DNA of 64,000 nucleotides from Eledone cirrhosa. Its lineage: Eukaryota. The stretch covers positions 367,350,001 to 367,414,000 of the forward strand of contig OZ024743.1 in the NCBI GenBank assembly GCA_964016885.1, in the 5' to 3' direction. The first letter of the stretch is position 1. Each line of letters starts with the position of its first letter. The notes beneath the pieces were generated by a model. That model was not told the origin of the DNA. It saw nothing but the letters and a program-made list of their open reading frames with translations, and searched no databases. The position numbers and the translations under genes are program-made. Shown piece after piece: positions 51,676 through 64,000 of the stretch.

Positions 51676-52100
51676 AAGCTGTTAAACACACACACTCATA
51701 TATCAAAGGTATATATTGAGTTAGAAACTCAAAATAGTCTCTTACAATAAAATATCTCTAGGAAAGAGGTTTTTCCGAGCCGTATATTATAATTGAATAT
51801 AAAAGAAAAACAAACACAGATATATCCATATATGTGTTCAAATCGTAAGGGACCAGATTCGATGTCTATACTTAGTATTCTTTTCACCTTACCGAATCTG
51901 GTCCCTTACGATTTGAACACATATATGTATATATCTGTGATTGTTTTTCTTTTATATCCAATTATAATATACGGCTCAGAAAAATCTCTTTCCTAGAGCT
52001 ATTTTATTGTAAGAGACTATTTTGAGTTTCTAACTAAATATATACCTTTGATATATATATATATATATTTATATGAGTATGTGTATGTGTTTAACAGCTT
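51676..52100. repeat. Long imperfect inverted repeat (~185-bp arms, 31-nt spacer 51862-51892)
   Basis: AAGCTGTTAAAC..TATCAAAGGTATATA..GGGACCAGATTCG / CGAATCTGGTCCC..TATATACCTTTGATA..GTTTAACAGCTT. Confidence 0.88.
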
Positions 52101-52780
52101 AACAACTGGTGTTGTTTTGTTATATCTTGTAACTTACCAATTCAAGAAATAGAGATCAATGAAATAGTACCAGATTTACAGATATGTTATAGAGTTGATA
52201 TTAGTGACTAAACCCTTGGAGGTGGTACCCAAACCTGGCTTCAGTCCAATAACTGAAAGCAGTAAAAAAAGCAAGCAAAAACTATGCATATATATACTTA
52301 TCCTCTTTCATTCTATAGAGGGTGGTTATTCTGGACATCACCTTCAAGGGTTTTTAATTGTATATATTGACTTTATTTTATCAGTCAGTCTTTATTTATT
52401 GAATGGGATGTAATATGGTAAGGTATTATATACATATATACAGACACAAAGACACAGACGTATGCACACACACACACATATATATATATACACACACATA
52501 TAGATACATACACACACATTGCATATAACAAGTTTCATGAAAGCAGTCTGTGTGATATTCATGCTACATATCTGTTCTTTAAAATAATAAGTTTCTCTAA
52601 CTGTGCTCAGTGCAATAATTTGTAAACCAACCCCATTTTACACCTTCTGTCGACCCATCAAATCAGCTAAGGGGAGTGAATATTGAGAAGTCAGCAGGTG
52701 ATTGGCAAAACCTAGTGTAGAATAACTGTGGCAAGTACATGTCAGAATGTGGAAAACAGAAAAGAGAGAGAGAGAGAGAG

Positions 52781-52834
<54 letters not shown>

Positions 52835-53934
52835 ATGCTGAAAGTGTTTCATATGAATAATCAATAAATAATAATAACAATAATATTGATAATGACAATA
52901 ATAATAATGGTGATGATGATTATGATGCTGCTGTTGCTGCTGTTGATTATGATGATGATGATAATGATGATAATGATGATGATGATAATAAAAATACCAA
53001 TAATGATAATAATCTTAACAACATAAATAATAATAATAGTGACGATAATAGGATGAACTATCAAAATGAAAGAGAGATATGAAGTATAAGTGTGGAAACT
53101 TTCTCTGACAAGAATATATATTTTTAAAAACAGTTTAAATTAAGACATGAGTATAATGTATATGATGAAGTTGTAAACCTCATGGGAGATAACTTTCCCT
53201 GCTGTCAATTCAGACAGTGTGAATTTTCTAGAACTTTCTTCCAACTTTATAGTAAGTACTAAATATACTTAGTGCTTATTTGTATCTATGTCAAGGCATG
53301 TGACTTAGTGGTTAAGTTGTTTGACTGACAATCATAAGGTTAAGTTTGATTTCCATTGGCATGTTCTGTCCTTGAGCAAAACATTTTATTTCATTTTGAT
53401 CTAGTTCATTCAGCTGGCAAAAATGAGTTGTGCCTGTAATTCAAAGGGTCAGCCATGTCCAGCATTGTGATAGGCTGGGTTTCCCTAAGAACTGCATTAT
53501 TGATACATGTTTCTGAGGAATGCTCAGTTACTTGCATGTTAACTTCATCAGCAGGCTGTTCCATATTTCAAATAACTGGAACATGTGTCATTGGAAATGA
53601 TGGAAGTTCAAGAACATATGTATTCAAGTGCACCATTGGTGTTAGTATGAAAACTATTTATTAAGTCACGGTTCACTTATTGCATAATTGCTATGATTAT
53701 ATATCCTCATCATCATCCTCATCAAAAGAATGTTATGCCTGTTTTCTATGCTAGATGGGTCAGGGGACCATGTCATGCTTATACATTCCATTTTTTGTAT
53801 GGATTTTACAGCTGGATGCTCATCCTAATGCCAACCAATTTAAAGAATGTACTGAGTACATCTTACCATGGCACCAGCACTTCTACTTTATAAAGTGTAC
53901 TGTATATATATATACATATATGTAGTAAATGTCC

Positions 53935-54960
53935 GAGAAGTTTATCATAGCCAGTACAATGTAGTAGGAATGATGGTAAACAAAACAAAGTAATGTTTTA
54001 CCCAGTGTATTATGGCATGATATTTCAGGGCTAATACCCCACTATTCAGATGCAGAGCAGAAATGGTCCAAGATAAAACAATTGAATGATAAAACAATTG
54101 AGTGATTTCTTCTGCAAATTGGTCCTATATGTTGGAAAAATGAGCACAGTTGTTATAGTAACCATTCTGCCTCGTGCCTTTCTCACCTATTATTTATTTC
54201 TGGCTTTAATCAGCTAAACAAAATGGCTTCCTTAATTTTTAAATTTCCCATATTCCTTTCACTTGCTTCTATGGTGATATCAATGTCTTGGTTGTGGCAT
54301 CTGTCAAGATGTTTTTAGTGGAAGATGCTCTCAATGTCACATGTTCCTTGATCTGTATGTGTCTCCTTATGGTACTTCCAATGTATGAAGAGCTATATTT
54401 TTTGCACATGATCTTAGAGACCACATATGCTCTCATGCACTTTTCTGTGTTGTTGATTGGACAATTAGGAAGTGTGCATATATTGCTGTATGTGAGTTGG
54501 TGTCTGTGGAACAGTCTCCTCAATGAAGATCCCGAGTGTGTCAACCATATATTCAGTCCCTCCTACAGATGGCTTGTCTGATGGCAGCTATCGTCTTCTC
54601 ATTTAAATGTGGCAGACTTAGGTAGCATATGTTTTACTTAGGGGAACATATCCTTCTTGTTCTTTTACGTGCTGCTGCCTTAGCATTTCAGTATTTGGTG
54701 AGGGAAGTAGGGTAGCTGTTTTCATTGAGAACTCCACCATGCTGGTATGTCTGTCGTTACCCTTGCTGCATCTGTTGCATATCAAGGAGATCTCATTCTG
54801 AATATGGGCCATTTTGGCCTTGTAGGGGAGGGAGGAGTTGTGGTGTACGAAAATGTCTCTGCATGGATGATGATCACTGGGTGCCAGGAAATCACAGTAG
54901 AAGGAGGCCACGGTAGAGGTAGATCAAGTAGACCTGGGAGGAGGTTGTGAGAGCTGATCT
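53935..54960 (-). mobile_element. Penelope-like element 3, 3' fragment (thumb and GIY-YIG)
   Basis: DIFVHHNSSLPYKAK..NE, then CTLPNCPI..CMRAYVVSKIMCKK..YIGSTIRR..IKEH. A decayed HHR lies downstream at 54015-54053. Confidence 0.75.
54015..54053 (-). ncRNA. Decayed minimal hammerhead in the PLE3 3' region
   Basis: GCAU-CUGAAUA-GUGGGGUAUUAGCCCU-GAAA-UA-UC-AUGC. Stem I and the AUC site are present, but the core has a G8-to-U change. Confidence 0.5.
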
Positions 54961-55077
54961 CAAATCACCAACACTCACAGAGAGATGCTGTACTGAAAAG
55001 CACTTTTCCACCCCATGCAAGCATGGAAAAACAGATGTAAAAATGATGATGATATATGTGTGTGTATATATATATAT

Positions 55078-56727
55078 ATCATCATCATCATCATCATCAT
55101 CGTTTAACGTCCGTGTTCCATGCTTGCATGGGTTTGGACGGGAGTTTTCCCACTTGAGGCAAGAGTGGTTGTCTTGCTCGCGTAGGACTGTCTGGCGGGT
55201 TTTCTACAGTTAGATGCCCTTCCTAACACCAACCACATTTACAGTGTGGGTCTGGGAGGTTTTTACCGTGTTGCCTACACAGCCACATTACAGCGTGGAC
55301 TGTGTGTTTTTTTGTCGTGACACCTACACGATCTCATTTGTTTCGGCCTGGATTTTGTGGCACCAACATAACTTTACATTGAAAGGGCGGTGTGGATGGG
55401 GTGGGGGTGGTGGGACGGGGGTGTATTTTGTTAGAGATGCCTACTGACTGTAGTAGGTTTTATTTTGTATTTAGGTAACGCGGGTCTTCTCTATTACTGA
55501 GTACCGCCAAAGCTCTCGGTCCAGTGACATTGTCTTGGAGAGGTGTAAGTGTGTGAGGTCGGAATTTATCAGCTCGTCCCAGGTTTTTCTGGGTCTGCCT
55601 ACTCCGTGGCTACTGTCTATCTTTATTGCCCTGCACTTTGTTATACAGCTGTTGTCCTTCATGCGCATCACGTGACCATACCAACGTAGCCTTCTCTCTA
55701 GTAAACAACATCTGATCCCTCTTATTTCTAATTTTTTCCTTAGTTCATTTATGCTTTGCCGTTCGCGTATATTACTATTACACATCCAGCGGAGCATGCA
55801 AGCTTCGTTCCTCTCTAGTCTTTCCTACACACTGAGCATGGCCATTTCCTGGAAGGGACCGGCGCCTTATTTTGTTTCCTACAAACTAGAACTTTAGTCT
55901 TAGCCATGTTAATTTTAAGGCCTTTTGATTCTAGGCCGTGCTTCCATGTTTGGAATTTCTTCTCTAGCTCGGCCATTGATTCAACTATGAGCGTTAGGTC
56001 ATCTGCATATAGGAGTTCCCATGGGCAGCCGGTCTTGAACTCCTCTGTTATAGCCTGAAGAGCAATAATGAATAGTAGGGGGCTAAGAACAGAGCCCTGA
56101 TGGACACCAACTTTTACGCTAAACTCTTCACTATATTCGTTGTTAATTCTAACCTTGCTCACTGTTTCTTTATACATGGCTTGTATAGCTCTCACAAGCC
56201 ATTCGTCAACACCTAGTTTTCTAAGAGCCCACCAGATAATGGAACGGGGGACTCTGTCGAAGGCTTTCTCCAAGTCGACAAAGGCTAAGTATAGGGGTTT
56301 ACTTTTAGCTAGGTACTTCTCCTGTAGTTGTCGTACAATAAAAAGAGCGTCTGTGGTACTTTTACCTGACACAAACCCGAACTGCATTTCATCTAGATCG
56401 ATTCTCTCTCTGATTAGTTGCACTATTACTTTTTCCGTGACCTTCATGACCTGGTCGATTAATTTAATCCCTCTATAGTTACTCCTATCTAGGGCATCTC
56501 CTTTACCCTTGTAACAGTTAATGATGATGCTGCTACGCCAGTCCTTCGGAACAACCCCATTCTGTATGACTTGGTTTACTATCCGGGTGACCATGGTGTG
56601 TCCCACCGTTCCAGAGGCCTTCAGCATCTCAGCGACTATTTCCGAAGGCCCAGCCGCCTTACCCGTCTTCATATCTTTGATTGCCTTACTTATTATACTA
56701 CCTTCAACTAACACTGCTGGTCCCTCT
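55078..56727 (-). mobile_element. RTE-type LINE with intact RT core and an internal deletion after the start of the finger
   Basis: ORF 55815-56747 has VDLEKAFDRVPR, GVHQGSVLSPLLF and LLYADD, then jumps to LERNEACMLRW. (CAT)n tail and (TA)n flanks. Confidence 0.93.
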
Positions 56728-57292
56728 ATATATGTATATATATTCAAAAGAGTGTATATCTGTCTTGACTACCAGTAACACATGTGCAATAATAACCAAA
56801 GTACACCAAAATTGGTCACATTTGTCCGTCCCTCTGACTATTTATCCTTATTTATTTATTAATAAATCATTTTCAGTCATTCATGGAAAATGAATGCCTT
56901 CATAAAAAAAAAAAACAGGAACATATATATGAAAACACATACATCTAATCATGAATGATGTAATAATGAGAGAACAGGGAAGAAGATGAAAAAAGAGTTG
57001 AAATACAGAAGACATGTAAAGTGTAAAAAAGTATGTAAAAGTTTATTTTATATTGTAATTTTTATGTATGTTATAGAATGTGATTTTGTGTGGGTTTATA
57101 TAAATATATATACATATATATACTTAAATACATATTCACACACACACACATGCATGCACACACATACCCACACACATTAAGTGATATACATTTCACATAT
57201 TTCTTTAAATTCACTATCTACTTATTGTCAAATTCAGATTTAAAAAATGAATTAAATTCCCTGCATATTTAATATCTGGCACCTGGAAAATG

Positions 57293-57383
<91 letters not shown>

Positions 57384-58559
57384 AAGCAGTTGGCATCAGG
57401 ACGGGCATCCAGCCATAGAATCTATGCTCCCGGTACATTCTTGTAAAGTGATTGGTATTAGGATAGGCATCCAGTCATAGAAACCAAGCTAAAACAATGC
57501 TTATGACCAGGCCCTAGTCACCTGACCCATCCAGCATCAGCACATGATAGTCTTTTTAACCTATGTAAGCATAGAAAATAGACGTTAAACAGTGATGATA
57601 AAGGTGTGCAGTTTAGTGGTTAGATTGTTGGGCTCATGATCATAAGGTTGTAATTTCAATTCCAGGATTGAGCAGTGCATTGTGTTCTTGAGCAAGACAC
57701 TTTATTTCAAGTTGCTCCAGTCCAATAAGCTGGTAAAAATGTGTTGTGATGACCTTGCTTTTCTATTGGACAACACCTGTGGCATAGGAACTTGCAGGCT
57801 TGGTTGCATTTTTAAAAATGTTAAATCTAGAGTTAAAAGAACATTTTCTTACAGAAATGCAGACACACACATCACAGCACACAACACACAACACACACAC
57901 ACACAACACACAACACACACACACACACAACACACAACCCATACACAAACACATGCAATAAGAAATAGTCCAAACCTTGTATTTAAATTCAAACTGTTAA
58001 TGCTAAGAGATTAGTGATGAACATTGGTAACCTTTTGAAAGGACATAAGAGGTTTATGTGGTCACACAATAAAATATCCATGCAGGTTAATGTTGAAGAA
58101 TGGGTGAGCACCTATGTTGAAGTTGTCGCCTCTAGAGAGACATTAACTTTGTCATCATTGTCAAAATTTTATATCATTTTTGATGCTACATCAGCACAGC
58201 GTATTACCATTTGACCTGGTCTGTTGATATCTCCTATATGATGTTCAACCATCAGAGATTAGCCTTCACCACTTCTTCCATGTCTTTTCAATCTTCCTCT
58301 TTGGATTTTTTGTCACTTCTTTACAAAACTGTCATCATTCTTATATATCATGTTCCTATTTTGCACACTAAATTCAAGTTCTCATATAACTAGTTTCTTT
58401 TCTCAGCTCATTTGTGCTCTATTGTTCATGCTCACTAACATTATATATTATTTCTTTCCACCCTGTGCACCTTCTCTACATTCAGTGCTCATATTTACTA
58501 CATACAATATTGCATTTCATACACATTTTTTACAATCTGAATATTATTTGGAGGTGGCA

Positions 58560-59400
58560 ATAGAAGGAATCTGAACTATTTCCACCCATCCCTCCACCCA
58601 TCTGCTTTTGGAACACTTATTGGTAATTAGATCAGAAATTATCAAATATTTCTTGGAGGCCTTCTGGGTATTGAAATGAATTTGTTTCATGAGTGCACTT
58701 CCATGATGATAATAAGGTTTTGTATTTTCTTGCAAGGTTTACTTTTAGAATTATTGATTGTAGGCTTTGATTCCATGTTTCGAATGTTTCCAGTAATTCT
58801 TTAACTGACACACCTATGCGGGCTAGGTCATTAGTATACAAGAGCTCTCACAGTCAGCCAGTTTTGAACATATTTGTTATGTCCTGGAGAACTATAATAA
58901 ACAGGGGCTGGCAGAAAACTAACCCCTGAGGGAAACACATCTGCATGCTCCTTACTGAATTTGTTGCTGACTCTCAACTATAGTTTCTGTAACTCTAACA
59001 AAGGTCTTCCTCAGGTCAACAAAAGCTAATTAGAGTAGCTTTCACTTGGCTAAAATATTCTCTTGTAGATGCCTGTATCTCATCTAAGCTAACTGTTTCC
59101 TATTTAGCTGAAACTTTTATAATTTGGTCTGTCAGTTTGATACCTCTGTAGTTGCTCATTTTGAACATCCCTTTCATCTTGTAACAGTTGACAAGGATAC
59201 AGTTATGTTAGTCATTGGGCATGACATCTTCATTAATTGCATGACTAGCTATGTGAATGACTAGTGCATGTCCTAATTTGCTACATATTTTCAGCATCTC
59301 CATGACTATATTATCCCTGATGGTCAAGCTGTTTTTCCTGCCTTCATATCCTTAATGTATCTTTTGACCATATAGCTGTTATGTTTAATAGCTTGTAGGG
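58560..59400 (-). mobile_element. Old decayed RTE-type fragment
   Basis: ELLETFETWNQSLQSIILKVNLAR and remnants of NCYK..NYRGIKL.DQ. Confidence 0.6.
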
Positions 59401-59895
59401 CCTCTCGGGGAATACTCTTTGTAACTCTATAATACCAATTTGAGACAGAAATGAGAAACAGGCTCACAGATGTGACTTGAACACTGTCTATCAATTACTA
59501 AGTAACAGTGGTACCAATTACATTACAAAGTGCCGGTTGCCCTTTTCTATCTCAACTGGATGTATACAATGTTTAACATCATGTAAATCAAAAATAGTAG
59601 CTAGTTGACTTATAGATTCCTACAGGTTTGTTTAGAGATCAATCTTTTTCTCTCATATGTATGGACATGAAGATAATTCCTTTTCGTTCTTCTTCAGATT
59701 GATACACTTCTCCATAATGAACATTTATCAAGAATCATGAGAAAAATACAAATTGAGACCCTAATTCCATTTAAATAAGAACAAACTTTTCTGACTCCAC
59801 TAGCCACTTCTATATTGCTTTCACCACCATTACTTCCAAGTATTGAAGTCAATTATTAACTAATCTTTTACAATACTTACCCTCTTACTGTTTCT

Positions 59896-59992
<97 letters not shown>

Positions 59993-61430
59993 CTATTTTC
60001 AAACATTTTCAAGCGAGTATCTGCCAAATTTTCAAGTACAATTTTGAAATACCTATTCAAGTTATTTTCCCATTTGGTAACATTTCAAAAGCCAGACTGA
60101 CTAATTTGTATACAAAAAGTGTTACTGATGTTACTAGTTAAGATTTTATCTTTGATTTCTTTCAAGTTACCAGTCTTTTTGTTCTAGGAACTGCCATGTT
60201 AATCTATAAAAGACTATACTTATTTTGTTCTCAAAAGTACTTTACTTATCTTCATACATCTCTTTAATGAAATATCAGAATTTGAAATTGTAAACCCTTA
60301 GATATTGATCAGATGGTAAGATGTCAAATAACTGCCATGGAACTAACAGCCATATTTTATGTGGTAGTTAAATCATTGTACATGTCTGATGCATGTTTTC
60401 AAATGTAGAGGTGTAATTGCTATGTGAATAAGTTGCTGGACAATCAGCTCATAGGTCATAAGTTCAAACAGGCTGCAGGCATTTTATTCTACTTCTTATT
60501 ATGTACACCTTATTTTGAATTGGTTTCACTTTATCTAATTTTCAGAAAGAGATGCTAGACTTATAAGAATGTCACCTGTCTTATTCTATGGAAAATTTAA
60601 TCTCCCACGTGTTTGCTTCACAATAATGAAACTGGAGATAAGCAAGGCTTATGAGGAATTTACATGCTGCCATAAATACTGCCCTTTTTCTTTCAATTCT
60701 AAATGCTGTGTAAGGTATAAATATCAATATGAAAATCTATAAGATATAAATATCAATGATTTATTAAGGAAGCTATCTTTGTGGCAAAGGTTGAAGTAGG
60801 AGCTTCTGTCCAAGTCCTGCAGGCCAATTTGAATATGTACAGCTGTTCAATAACTTTTATCTGTAGAATGATGTGAATAGCATGTGAGAATTATCTCTTA
60901 AGATTGCTTCAGGTATTCTCTAAAATATCATCTATAGTTTAGCAAGAACAAGACTTGTTCTTTTATTTTTGGCCAGATTCCTATAATATAAATACACTTC
61001 AATATAAAATATAGTGTTGCATTATCTCTAATGCAGGAATTGAAGAGAATAATTAGTCAACTGAAATAGAACATGGTAATTATCAGTCTGAACATATTAA
61101 TGATACTCAATAATTACTTTGTTCTTTTTCAAGTCTTCCATGGCAACTTCATCAACTATACAATGTTATTTTCTGAAAATATAACAGCAAGAACTGTGAT
61201 GAACTTCTAGTAAACTGAGTATATGACATAGGTTCAATTCCTAGGTGAGAGATATCACATTACATTATCCTTGCATTTGTGATTTATGATCTTAATCAAA
61301 GAAAGACTGGAGAAGGATGGCAGGAGGTGCTAGGGTGACATATCTTTGACACAGTCTACAAAGGTGACCCAAAGATACATTGAAGTCGACAGGGTATAGT
61401 TAATTCTAAATTTTAGTGTATGTGTGTAAA

Positions 61431-61492
<62 letters not shown>

Positions 61493-62571
61493 TGTGTGTG
61501 TGTGTGCATGTGCATGTGTGCACGCACGCGCGTGTGTGTGTGTAAATAGGTTGAAGCCAAAGAAAACAAGCAAGGAGAATATGGAAATGAATTGAAGACT
61601 TAATATTTCAAAGTTCATGCTTTATCATTATAAGCAAATTGAAGGGAAGGCCAATAAAAAGAGAACATTGCTATCAATGTTTTAGTTTATGTTTTAAGCA
61701 ATGTCCAGTTGCTGTGCATGCATGGAATATAATAATAATTTAAAGTAATGTGGCTCACACAAAGAATGAAAACTTATTTTAGGGCCCATTGATTTGACAA
61801 CATATAATTTAATGTCTTACTTAAATAAGAAGTGTAACATTAGGAATTTCAACTGTAATGTTGATATTAAAACTATTTTAATGTCTTAATAAAGTTGGAA
61901 ATATAGAAAAGCTAGCGAAAATGTGTCAAAATTTATACATTCTTAGACATGAAATATTGTGCTTAGCTATCTGAAAAAGCAATACGCAAACTGGATAGAT
62001 ATTCAAAAGTAAAAGCCATATTTAAAATACAAATTATATTAAATGAAAAACAAATCAGGAGGTATGTGCTAAGTTTTAGCAGCTAAAATATTGCTCAAAT
62101 GGTTTCACAATATTGTGAAAGAACAAAGATTGGCAAAATCCCTGGAACTAGTTTTAAAGCATCAGTGCACACAAGCTAACCTGGTTTAATCGAGCAGCCT
62201 CTAAATTGTCACTGGAACTTTTCTGTAAAACAAAAGCAATTAAATATAGGGTCTCCATCAAGCCTTTAGGCGAACAAAAGAGAGATTATACTCTGAAAAT
62301 AATAAAATATATGGCATTCATGAGTTCTTACAGAGCAGTAAATATAAGGGTCATATTTTAGTGTCATACTCTCGAGTTTCCGATGGGAAAATAAAACTTT
62401 CATATTTTAAACCAAACATACACACATATACATAGAGCAGCTTATATAAATATGTATATATTTGGGCACATCTATGCATTCATGTGCATATATATATATA
62501 CATCTATACATGCATATACATATATACATGTCTGTGTATACCCACATACATTTACATATATATATATATAT

Positions 62572-64000
62572 ATCATCATCATCATCATCATCATCAGGTT
62601 TAGCGTCCGTGTTCCACGCTTGCATGGGTTTGGACGGGGGGTTTTCCCACTTGAGGCAAGAGTGGTTGTCTTGCTCGCATAGGACTGTCTGGCGGGTTTT
62701 CTACAGTTGGATGCCCTTCCTAACACCAACCACATTTACAGTGTGGGGCTGGGAGGTTTTTACCGTGTTGCCTACACGGCCACATTACAGCGTGGACTGT
62801 CTGGCGGGTTTTCTACAGCTGGATGCCCTTCCTAACACCAACCACATTTACAGTGTGGGGCTGGGAGGTTTTTACCGTGTTGCCTACACGGCCACATTTA
62901 CAGCGTGGACTGTGTGTTTTTTTGTCGTGACACCTACACGATCTCATTTGTTTCGGCCTGGATGTTGTGGGACCAACATAACTTTACATTGAAAGGGGCG
63001 GTGTAGGTGGGGTGGAGTTGGTGGGACTTTGTATTTAGGTAAGGCGGGTCTTCTCTATTACTGAGTACCGCCAAAGGTCTCGGTCCAGTGACATTGTCTT
63101 GGAGAGGTGTAAGCGTGTGAGGTCGGAATTTATCAGCTCGTCCCATGTTTTTCTGGGTCTGCCTACTCCGTGGCTATCGTCTATCTTTATTGCCCTGCAC
63201 TTTGTTATACAGCTGTCGTCTTTCATGCGCATCACGTGACCGTACCAACGTAGCCTTCTCTCGAGTAAACAACATCTGATCCCTCTTATTTCTAATTTTT
63301 TCCTTAGTTCGTTTATGCTTTGCCGTTCACGTATATTACTATTGCACATCCAGCGGAGCATGCAAGCTTCGTTCCTCTCTAGTCTGCGTATATCCTCTGC
63401 ACACAATGCCCAGGTCTCACTGCCATGCAGCATTGCTGTTCGTATGCAGGCATCGTATAACCTGCCTTTCATTTTTAGGGAGAACCCTCTAGCGGCTAAT
63501 AGTGGTATAAGCTCTCTGAACTTTTTCCATCCAGTTCTGACTCTAGCTACTGTACTTTCAGAGCACCCTCCCCCACTGCTGATTTTGTCACCCAGATAAC
63601 GGAAGCTGTCCACTATTTCTATAGAACCCTCTGCGCAGTTGAAGGAGCTAGTATTTTGTGGGCACTTGCTGCTACTTATTGCACCAGAGCACCGGCCACA
63701 TGTAAAATCTATGTTCTTAGTTAGCTTACCTGTGATCCCACTACATCTTTTATGCACCCATACTTTGCATTTGGGACATAAAATGGAGTTTCTACCTATG
63801 CCTTTCCTACACACTGAGCATGGCCATTTCCCAGATGGGACCGCCGCCTTATTTTCTTTCCTACAAACTAGAACTTTAGTCTTAGCCAGGTTAATTTTAA
63901 GGCCTTTTGATTCTAGGCCGTGCTTCCATGTTTGGAATTTCTTCTCTAGTTCGGTCATTGATTCAGCTATGAGCGTTAGATCATCTGCGTATAGGAGTTC
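62572..64000 (-). mobile_element. Young RTE-type LINE 3' part with an open ORF running off the right edge
   Basis: Uninterrupted 307-aa ORF 63035-63958, with YADD at the window edge. The 3'UTR has a ~110-bp tandem duplication (62683-62900) and a (CAT)n tail next to (TA)n. Confidence 0.93.

Noticed and set aside
53500-53560. CTGATGA...GAAACATGTA on the minus strand
   Set aside because: It lies in a SINE body and has no stem I or II pairing.
45623-64000. Further upstream TMEM245 exons (AG/GT-bounded candidates near 59880, 60780-60860, 61118-61172)
   Set aside because: Candidates have stops in all frames or no similarity to TMEM245. The upstream exons and the final GGHPYLTG exon probably lie outside the window.

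Overview
AT-rich, microsatellite- and transposon-dense eukaryotic genomic DNA, most consistent with an octopus or other coleoid cephalopod (inferred from repeat content, not proven). The only host gene I can support is a TMEM245-like transmembrane protein on the minus strand. Four internal exons splice in frame (45500-45622, 34184-34320, 13795-13895, 9981-10155), so most or all of the window is intronic. The introns hold L1/Tx1-type LINE fragments, about 11 fragments of an RTE-type LINE with a C4HC3 PHD-like finger inside ORF2, three Penelope-like elements (PLEs), tRNA-derived SINEs, a Helitron-like element and a degenerate Gypsy-like LTR element. The most striking unannotated signal is a set of type I hammerhead ribozymes (HHRs). 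These are a near-perfect 310-bp tandem array with one minimal HHR per unit (retrozyme-like, sense to the host pre-mRNA), a perfect 392-bp palindrome carrying two back-to-back HHRs with a ~105-nt stem II, a second double-HHR foldback, and several PLE-associated intact or decayed HHRs. Repeat boundaries were read by eye and are approximate; exon and HHR coordinates were indexed base by base.
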